This document shows positions 57,451-64,000 of a stretch of 64,000 nt of DNA, piece after piece. Below the pieces are notes generated by a model. It did no database searches. It was not told the origin of the DNA and was given only the letters and a program-made list of their open reading frames with translations. A program made the translations under genes and the position numbers. The stretch is from NCBI GenBank assembly GCA_902513955.1, contig CABXOW010000001.1:44278-108277 (forward strand). Reading direction: 5' to 3'. Origin of the DNA: an uncultured Pelagibacteraceae bacterium. Lineage in GTDB: Bacteria > Pseudomonadota > Alphaproteobacteria > Pelagibacterales > Pelagibacteraceae. Position 1 is the stretch's first letter. Each line of letters starts with the position of its first letter.

Positions 57451-58892
57451 TAACCCACACTTCCTTCTAAACTAATACCTACAAGTTTTTGCGCTTCTAC
57501 AGCAAATTCCATAGGCAATTGTTGTAAAACCTCTTTACAAAAACCGTTAACAATTAACCCAACAGCTTCCTCTGCATTTAATCCTCTTTGTTGACAATAG
57601 TGTAATTGCTCTTCACTAATTTTGGATGTGGTAGCCTCATGAGCAATATTTGACTCTGAATTCTTATTTTTTATATAAGGAACGGTATGAGCTCCACATT
57701 TATTGCCCATTAATAAAGAGTCACATTGAGTATAATTAGTTGAATTTTTAGCTTTCGATGAAATATCGACTAGGCCCCTATATGTCATATCTGAACTACC
57801 AGCTGAAATTCCTTTTGAAATAATTTTACTTTTCGTATTTTTACCAAGATGTATCATTTTGGTGCCTGTATCAGCTTTTTGATGATTATTTGTAATTGCT
57901 ATGGAATAAAATTCTCCTACAGAGTTATCTCCTTTGAGAATACAGCTTGGATATTTCCAAGTTATCGCAGACCCTGTTTCAACCTGTGTCCAAGAAATCT
58001 TTGAGTTTTTTCCTTTACATAAACCTCTTTTAGTAACAAAATTATAGATCCCTCCTTTTCCATCTTTATCTCCCGGATACCAATTTTGAACTGTTGAATA
58101 TTTTATTTCAGCATCATCGAGCGCAACTAATTCTACATTTGCAGCGTGCAATTGATTTTCATCTCTCATTGGTGCTGTGCAACCTTCTAAATAACTAACA
58201 TAACTTCCTTTATCAGCTATGATTAAAGTTCTTTCAAATTGACCTGTGTTTGATGCATTAATTCTAAAATATGTTGATAATTCCATTGGACATCTAACAC
58301 CTTCAGGAATGTAAACGAAAGAACCATCAGTGAAAACAGCTGAATTTAATGTTGCAAAAAAATGATCGCTAGTTGGTATTACAGATCCTAAATATTTTTT
58401 AACTAATTCAGGATGATTTTGAATTGCTTCTGATATTGGACAAAAAATAATACCTTGTTTTGTTAATTCATCTTTAAAAGTAGTCGCAACAGAAACAGAG
58501 TCAAATACTGCGTCTACTGCTATTCCATTTAATCTTGCTTGCTCTTGAAGAGGAATTCCAAGTTTTTTATATGTTTCAAGAAGTTTGGGATCTAATTCAT
58601 CAAGACTTTTTGGTTTATCTTTCATGCTCTTAGGAGCTGAATAATAATAAATATCTTGATAATCAATTTTTGGAAATTTAGGTTTTTGCCAATCTGGTTC
58701 TTTTAATACTTTAAATCTTTCGAAAGCTTTTAACCTAAACTTTAGCATCCACTCAGGTTCTTTTTTAATATTTGAAATAAATTTAATTACATCTTCGTTT
58801 AATCCTTTAGGAGCTTGAATATTCTCTATATCAGTAGAAAAGCCATACTTATAATCTTTTAAATTATTTATTTTTTTTTGTCTACTATCCAT
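57450..58892 (-). CDS. sufB: Fe-S assembly protein SufB
   Basis: [33 protein letters not shown] motifs. Confidence 0.96.
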   Translation of the reverse strand: MDSRQKKINNLKDYKYGFSTDIENIQAPKGLNEDVIKFISNIKKEPEWMLKFRLKAFERFKVLKEPDWQKPKFPKIDYQDIYYYSAPKSMKDKPKSLDELDPKLLETYKKLGIPLQEQARLNGIAVDAVFDSVSVATTFKDELTKQGIIFCPISEAIQNHPELVKKYLGSVIPTSDHFFATLNSAVFTDGSFVYIPEGVRCPMELSTYFRINASNTGQFERTLIIADKGSYVSYLEGCTAPMRDENQLHAANVELVALDDAEIKYSTVQNWYPGDKDGKGGIYNFVTKRGLCKGKNSKISWTQVETGSAITWKYPSCILKGDNSVGEFYSIAITNNHQKADTGTKMIHLGKNTKSKIISKGISAGSSDMTYRGLVDISSKAKNSTNYTQCDSLLMGNKCGAHTVPYIKNKNSESNIAHEATTSKISEEQLHYCQQRGLNAEEAVGLIVNGFCKEVLQQLPMEFAVEAQKLVGISLEGSVG

Positions 58893-58894
58893 TT

Positions 58895-59320
58895 TTAAAT
58901 CCTTGTTTCTTTTTTATTTTTAATTAAATCTTCTAGACTTTTATTTTTAAAAAAACTATTAATATGGTTTTCTAATTCATCCCAAAGATCATGAGTAATA
59001 CATTTTGTGGCTTTGCCGTTACAACCCTTTTTTGATTCTTTTTTGCACTGGACAGTTTTTACTTTTTCGTCAACAGCATAAAAAATATTTGTTAACTTAA
59101 TATCGTTTGGATTTTTGTTAAGAATGTAGCCTCCCTGAGTTCCTCTAATACTTTTAACAATATTGTTTTTTTTTAATTTTGAAAAAATTTGTTCTAAATA
59201 ATCTAGCGAAATGTTTTGTCTTAGAGATATATCTCTTAGTGAAACAGGATTGATGCTATCAAACCTTGCTAAATCCACCAATGCCATTACGGCATATCTT
59301 CCTTTTGAAGTTAGTTTCAT
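58895..59320 (-). CDS. iscR: Rrf2-family regulator, IscR-type
   Basis: [20 protein letters not shown], three Cys plus THDLW. Confidence 0.88.
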   Translation of the reverse strand: MKLTSKGRYAVMALVDLARFDSINPVSLRDISLRQNISLDYLEQIFSKLKKNNIVKSIRGTQGGYILNKNPNDIKLTNIFYAVDEKVKTVQCKKESKKGCNGKATKCITHDLWDELENHINSFFKNKSLEDLIKNKKETRI

Positions 59321-59350
59321 TTTTTACCCTTAAATTGTGGCTTTTTAACC

Positions 59351-59375
59351 ATACCTGACTAAATTGGTCAAGTAT
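59351..59375. promoter_or_regulatory. IscR type 1 binding site
   Basis: ATACCTGACTAAATTGGTCAAGTAT matches ATASYYGACTRWWWYAGTCRRSTAT at 24 of 25 positions, 30 bp upstream of iscR. Confidence 0.85.
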
Positions 59376-59457
59376 AGATTGCAATAAAAAAACTAACATT
59401 TTGTCGCTCAGTTGTGATAAACGTAGTTTTTTTTGAGAATAATAATCAATATCGCAT

Positions 59458-60114
59458 ATGGATAATAAAATTTTAGAAATATTTATTCCAGGTCCTGCTG
59501 GAAGACTTGAAGCCAAATATTATAAGAGTAAAAAAAATACATCTCCTATTGCATTAGTATTACAACCACACCCCCAATATGGAGGAACTATGAATAATAA
59601 AGTTGTTGTAGATACTTTTCATACATTTATGGATAATGATTTTTCAGTGTGTAGAGTTAATTTTAGAGGTGTTGGCAAGAGTGATGGGGAATTTGATAAT
59701 GGTCAAGGTGAGCTTGCTGATGCAGCTGCTGCATTAGATTGGCTTGAAAGAGAAAATTTTGATAACTCGCAATGCTGGGTATCAGGATTTTCTTTTGGTT
59801 CATTAATAGCTATGCAATTATTAATGAGAAGACCAGAGATAAATAGATTTATTGCAATATCTCCACAACCAAATGTTTATGATTTTTCTTTTTTATCACC
59901 GTGCCCAACATCTGGTTTAATGATTTACGGTAAAAAAGATGAATTAGTACCTTTGGAATATATCGCTGAATTAAATAAAAGATTAAGTGCTCAAAAAGGT
60001 ATTCAAGTAGAATTTCAATCTGTCCCTGAAGCAAATCATTTTTTTTCAAAAACCGATGAGTCTTTAATTAAAAATCTTGATAAATATATAAAAAAAGAAA
60101 CTGCTCTTTACTAA
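59458..60114 (+). CDS. Alpha/beta hydrolase (alphaproteobacterial suf-associated)
   Basis: PHPQYGGTMNN, GFSFG nucleophile motif, D and HFF triad residues. Confidence 0.9.
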   Translation: MDNKILEIFIPGPAGRLEAKYYKSKKNTSPIALVLQPHPQYGGTMNNKVVVDTFHTFMDNDFSVCRVNFRGVGKSDGEFDNGQGELADAAAALDWLERENFDNSQCWVSGFSFGSLIAMQLLMRRPEINRFIAISPQPNVYDFSFLSPCPTSGLMIYGKKDELVPLEYIAELNKRLSAQKGIQVEFQSVPEANHFFSKTDESLIKNLDKYIKKETALY

Positions 60115-61259
60115 AAATTTTTAACTAATTTACCACCAACCGTAGGGATCGTACAACCTGTGGTCTTTGGATAAGAAATTGGTAATTTCAAAAATGATCT
60201 GATTGCAAGATAACCAAATGCCTGGGACTCTATATAATCTCCATTTAAATTATAGTCATCAATAGAATTTAAGTTAATATTTTTTTTATGTAACAAATAA
60301 TCTTTAATATTTTGGATAAGAAAACTATTTTTTCTACCCCCACCACAAATTAAATATTTTATAGGTTTATTATTATTGCCATTAGCATATTCGATCCCTT
60401 TTGCTATGAGGTAAGCAGTAAAATTAGTTATTGTTGCACAACCACCCTCTAATGTTAACCCTCTTGCAAATGAAATATCAAAATCTTTTACATCTAAAGA
60501 CTTCTCGAATGAGTCTATTTTGAAATTATCAATAGCTTGATTCAAAATTAATTGATCAATTTTACCTGATTTTGCAATTGAACCGTTTTTATCAAAATTA
60601 TTTTTAGAATTTTTTCTTATCCAGTCATCAATCATACAATTACCAGGACCTGAGTCAAAAGCTTCTAAATTTTCCTCTAAGTTTTCATCTTTTTTAATTA
60701 TTTTAGTGATATTTGAAATTCCACCAATATTAAGAAAGCAAATAGGGAACTCTATTTGGTACTTTTCATTTATATATTTAGACAATAAGTTATGAAAAAT
60801 AGGTGTTAGTGGGGCACCTTGACCACTATTAACCATGTCTTCTTGTCTAAAATCATAAATTACTTTTCTTTTAATTAATTGAGACATTAGCTTTCCATCT
60901 CCTAATTGTTTTGAAATTTTGTTTTCAGGACTATGAAAAATTGTTTGTCCATGAAAACCTACAAAATCTATCTCATCTTGATATTTTGATGATATCTCGC
61001 TAACAATTTTGCTATGAAATACAGTAATTTCTCTCTCAACTTCGTTTAATCTAGAAGTGTACTGCTTCAAATCATCAATGCTTAAAATTAAATTTCTTAA
61101 TTCAATTAATTGCTGGTGTAAACTTTCGTTATATTCAAAATATTCATCTAAAACACTGCTAAATTGATTGAATCCATCCGACCTAATTAATGATACATCA
61201 ACCCCATCCATTGAAGTTCCGCTCATTAATCCTATAGCCGTATATAATTTATTTTTCAT
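60111..61259 (-). CDS. anmK: Anhydro-N-acetylmuramic acid kinase
   Basis: GLMSGTSMDG, GFHGQT, GQGAPL, NIGGISN, FDSGPGN motifs. Confidence 0.93.
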   Translation of the reverse strand: MKNKLYTAIGLMSGTSMDGVDVSLIRSDGFNQFSSVLDEYFEYNESLHQQLIELRNLILSIDDLKQYTSRLNEVEREITVFHSKIVSEISSKYQDEIDFVGFHGQTIFHSPENKISKQLGDGKLMSQLIKRKVIYDFRQEDMVNSGQGAPLTPIFHNLLSKYINEKYQIEFPICFLNIGGISNITKIIKKDENLEENLEAFDSGPGNCMIDDWIRKNSKNNFDKNGSIAKSGKIDQLILNQAIDNFKIDSFEKSLDVKDFDISFARGLTLEGGCATITNFTAYLIAKGIEYANGNNNKPIKYLICGGGRKNSFLIQNIKDYLLHKKNINLNSIDDYNLNGDYIESQAFGYLAIRSFLKLPISYPKTTGCTIPTVGGKLVKNF

Positions 61260-61306
61260 TGATATTCTTTTTAATAAAAATTTGTATATTGTGTAACTAT
61301 AAGCAT

Positions 61307-62536
61307 ATGAATAAATTTTTAAAAGAATTTAAAGATAGAGGTTTTTTCTATCAATGTACAAATGAAGAGGAATTGTCCAGTTTAATGGATAAGGAAAAAA
61401 TTAAAGCGTACATCGGATTTGATTGCACCGCTGAAAGCTTACATGTCGGTAGCTTATTACAAATCATGTGTCTTAGATTATTACAAAAGAATGGCCATAG
61501 ACCAATTGTGCTACTAGGTGGAGGTACTACTAGAATTGGGGATCCATCAGGAAAAGATAAAACAAGAAAAATATTGAGTGAAGAAGAGATAGAAAAAAAT
61601 ATTAAAAATATAAAAGATATACTTAAAAAATTTTTAGATAATGATAACCCTAAAACAAAACCAATTTTTGTAAATAATTATACGTGGCTGAAAAATTTGA
61701 ATTATATCTCTTTTCTTCGAGATATAGGTAAACATTTTACAATTAATAAAATGTTAACTTTTGATAGTGTTAAATTAAGATTAGAAAGAGAGCAATCTTT
61801 AAGCTACATGGAATTTAATTATATGATTTTGCAAGCTTATGATTTTTTAGAGCTTAATAAAAAAGAAAATTGTGTTTTACAAATTGGTGGTTCAGATCAA
61901 TGGGGAAATATTGTTAATGGTGTGGATCTTATCAAAAGATATTCAAATAAACAAAGTTATGGTCTAACTACACCCTTAATTACTCTGGCCACGGGAGCTA
62001 AAATGGGAAAATCTGAAAATGGGGCGATCTGGTTAGATAAAAAATTTTTATCAGCTTATGACTATTGGCAATTTTGGAGAAATACAGATGATAGAGACGT
62101 TTTAAAGTTTTTAAAAAATTTTACTGATTTAGAAGTTGAGGATATAAAAAAAATTGAAAATGATAATATCAATGATTTAAAAATACTTTTGGCTAATGAA
62201 ACAACAGCCATGCTTCATGGTGAAAATGCCGCTAAAAATTCAGAACAAGCTGCTAAAGAGGCATTTTCGGGTAATTCACTTGGATCTAACTTGCCTTCTA
62301 TAAAGATTAATTCAAAAGATATTGATAATAAATTGGATATAATTGATCTAATAATTCTATCTAAATTAGAAAAGTCTAAAAGTGAAATAAGAAGATTAAT
62401 TAAAGGTAACGCAGTAAAAATTAATGATAAAATTATATCTGATGAAAAATTAATTGTTACATATGAAATTTTTAAGGAAAACTACCTTAAACTTTCTATT
62501 GGAAAAAAGAGACATTTAAAAATTGAATTAGATTAG
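61307..62536 (+). CDS. tyrS: Tyrosine--tRNA ligase
   Basis: YIGFD..SLHVG, QIGGSDQWGN, KMGKS motifs; C-terminal S4 domain. Start placed at MNKF. Confidence 0.96.
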   Translation: MNKFLKEFKDRGFFYQCTNEEELSSLMDKEKIKAYIGFDCTAESLHVGSLLQIMCLRLLQKNGHRPIVLLGGGTTRIGDPSGKDKTRKILSEEEIEKNIKNIKDILKKFLDNDNPKTKPIFVNNYTWLKNLNYISFLRDIGKHFTINKMLTFDSVKLRLEREQSLSYMEFNYMILQAYDFLELNKKENCVLQIGGSDQWGNIVNGVDLIKRYSNKQSYGLTTPLITLATGAKMGKSENGAIWLDKKFLSAYDYWQFWRNTDDRDVLKFLKNFTDLEVEDIKKIENDNINDLKILLANETTAMLHGENAAKNSEQAAKEAFSGNSLGSNLPSIKINSKDIDNKLDIIDLIILSKLEKSKSEIRRLIKGNAVKINDKIISDEKLIVTYEIFKENYLKLSIGKKRHLKIELD

Positions 62537-64000
62537 TTTTTTTTAATCTTTTCTATTGTCCTAGTTATAAATCTTGGAGTTAATGTTTTTATTGGATTTA
62601 CAGTTGTTTCAAGTTTTTTTGGAGGCCCCTTCACTTTAAAGCTTACTCCAAAAACACCTTCACCAACTTTTTTTCCAATAAGCAAATCTCCAATTAATGG
62701 AATTGAAGCAATGGATCTATTAATTGTAGTCGCTGGAACCAATGTACCTCTTAAACTAATTATATTATCTTCCTCAATATAACCTTCAATTAAAATAGAT
62801 ATTGCCGGTCCAATTGCATACAACTCTTGAATCGTCATAAGTTTATTTTTATTTGTAAAATTCATTTGAAAATCTGTAAATCTAATACCTTCTCCAGTTA
62901 GTAAATCTGCTATTCCTTGAAGAGAAGCGAGAGAGAGTAATTTTGCTAATGCTGGAATTTCTTTGACTTTAAAATTGTCTATAATCAATTTTGAATTTGA
63001 AATACCATCCTTTTTTGAAGAATAAAAATCTAAATACCCTTCATTACCATCTTCGAACCCTTTTATGAATTTATATCTTTTTACAAGTGGTTTAGCTCTT
63101 GAAGAGAATAGAGTAGTAATTTTTTCTTCATCTTTAGTATTTATTGTAAATGTTAATTTTTCATCCTTATCAAATAGTGCCGATATGTTAGCTTGATTTA
63201 CTTTATTGTCTACTATTCGAAGTTTACCATTTAAATCTTTAACAATATTATCATTACCAATATAAACATTGGAAAAATTTAGCGTCATATTTATATTTTC
63301 TTTAAAAATATCTAATTGTTGATCATCTTTACCTTTTAATAGATTCGTAATGAGACTATCAGCATTTAATAATGATCCATTTAGCTCATAATAATTATTT
63401 TTAATTCTACTAAGTACAAATTTGTTTCTCTTTTCACTATTATCAAAATAATCTAAATCAACTTTATCTACTTTAGCAATTTTATTTTTGTTATCTAATA
63501 TTAAATTATTAATCATAATTCTGTTATTTTTTGAAATAAGACTAATTTTTTTAAGATCAAGTCCAATTTTTTTTGTATAGCTACCAATTATTTTTATTTG
63601 GGAATTTAATTTCTTATCCTTTTCATAATTAATGAAATCTATTTTTAAAGGTGCATCATTTACTTCTAAGTCTGTTTCAAAATTATATTTTTTATTTTTC
63701 TTTGAAAATGAATATTTTATTTTATTAAATTCTTTCTCTAATTTAATTTTTCCTGAACCTTCCATTGATAGGATATTGTCTTTATAATTAATTTTAATCT
63801 TTTGATCCTTTAGATTCAAAGTGTCTTTTGTATTAGGTAAATACTCTTTTATTAAATTTTGGTTTTTAATATTTATTTCGCTTAATTCAATATTTGACAC
63901 TAAATCAAAATCTGAACCTTTATTCACAACTTCATAATCAATAAGCTCAAATTTATCTACAAGTTTGACTTTACCACTTCCCTCAATTGATAATTTTTTA
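62533..64000 (-). CDS. AsmA-like/YhdP-type protein, 3' part (gene begins beyond the window)
   Basis: The frame is open to the window edge. C-terminal AsmA-like motifs GEGI.F, G.LVPA, GEGVFG, VNP..TLTP. Confidence 0.78.
   Translation of the reverse strand, partial: KKLSIEGSGKVKLVDKFELIDYEVVNKGSDFDLVSNIELSEINIKNQNLIKEYLPNTKDTLNLKDQKIKINYKDNILSMEGSGKIKLEKEFNKIKYSFSKKNKKYNFETDLEVNDAPLKIDFINYEKDKKLNSQIKIIGSYTKKIGLDLKKISLISKNNRIMINNLILDNKNKIAKVDKVDLDYFDNSEKRNKFVLSRIKNNYYELNGSLLNADSLITNLLKGKDDQQLDIFKENINMTLNFSNVYIGNDNIVKDLNGKLRIVDNKVNQANISALFDKDEKLTFTINTKDEEKITTLFSSRAKPLVKRYKFIKGFEDGNEGYLDFYSSKKDGISNSKLIIDNFKVKEIPALAKLLSLASLQGIADLLTGEGIRFTDFQMNFTNKNKLMTIQELYAIGPAISILIEGYIEEDNIISLRGTLVPATTINRSIASIPLIGDLLIGKKVGEGVFGVSFKVKGPPKKLETTVNPIKTLTPRFITRTIEKIKKN

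Noticed and set aside
1861-60049. Numerous 60-116 aa ORFs in the track overlapping well-supported genes (e.g. 1861-2082, 3688-3924, 27068-27412, 28295-28633, 39020-39316, 56852-57202)
   Set aside because: They are antisense or alternate-frame shadows with no motifs or RBS.
1-64000. Mobile elements, tRNA/rRNA genes, CRISPR arrays or defence systems
   Set aside because: No integrase, transposase, repeat-spacer array or tRNA-like sequence was seen, and there is almost no unexplained intergenic space.

Overview
A very AT-rich, densely packed bacterial window with intergenic gaps mostly under 100 bp. It is most consistent with a streamlined marine alphaproteobacterium of the SAR11/Pelagibacterales type. 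That assignment is an inference from composition, a tandem SAM-II/SAM-V riboswitch, glnA without glnB, and the iscR-suf and anmK-tyrS layout. Bases 1 to ~43,000 form a large sugar, sugar-acid and cyclitol catabolic island. It has four transporters (TRAP, CUT1 ABC, tripartite tricarboxylate, CUT2 ABC), Weimberg-type enzymes (XylB-, XylD- and AraE-like), diketo-hydrolase-route enzymes, a Gci-like enolase, UxaA, and iolG/iolE/iolD, but no iolB, iolC or iolA. It also carries unusual genes: a homolog of animal C11orf54/DUF1907 (beta-keto-L-gulonate decarboxylase), a PdxA-like enzyme lacking phosphate-binding residues, a ROK kinase without zinc cysteines, and two Fe(II)/2OG oxygenases. Bases 43-48.3 kb hold a molybdopterin biosynthesis plus MsrPQ cassette. 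Then come a riboswitch-controlled homocysteine methyltransferase, glnA, an unannotated 56-aa ORF, the iscR-sufBCDSUT-sufA operon with a near-perfect IscR site, anmK, tyrS and a partial AsmA-like gene. The best candidate for an undescribed system is the iolB/iolC-less inositol/sugar-acid module built around the C11orf54-like decarboxylase. No database searches were run; family calls rest on motif recognition.
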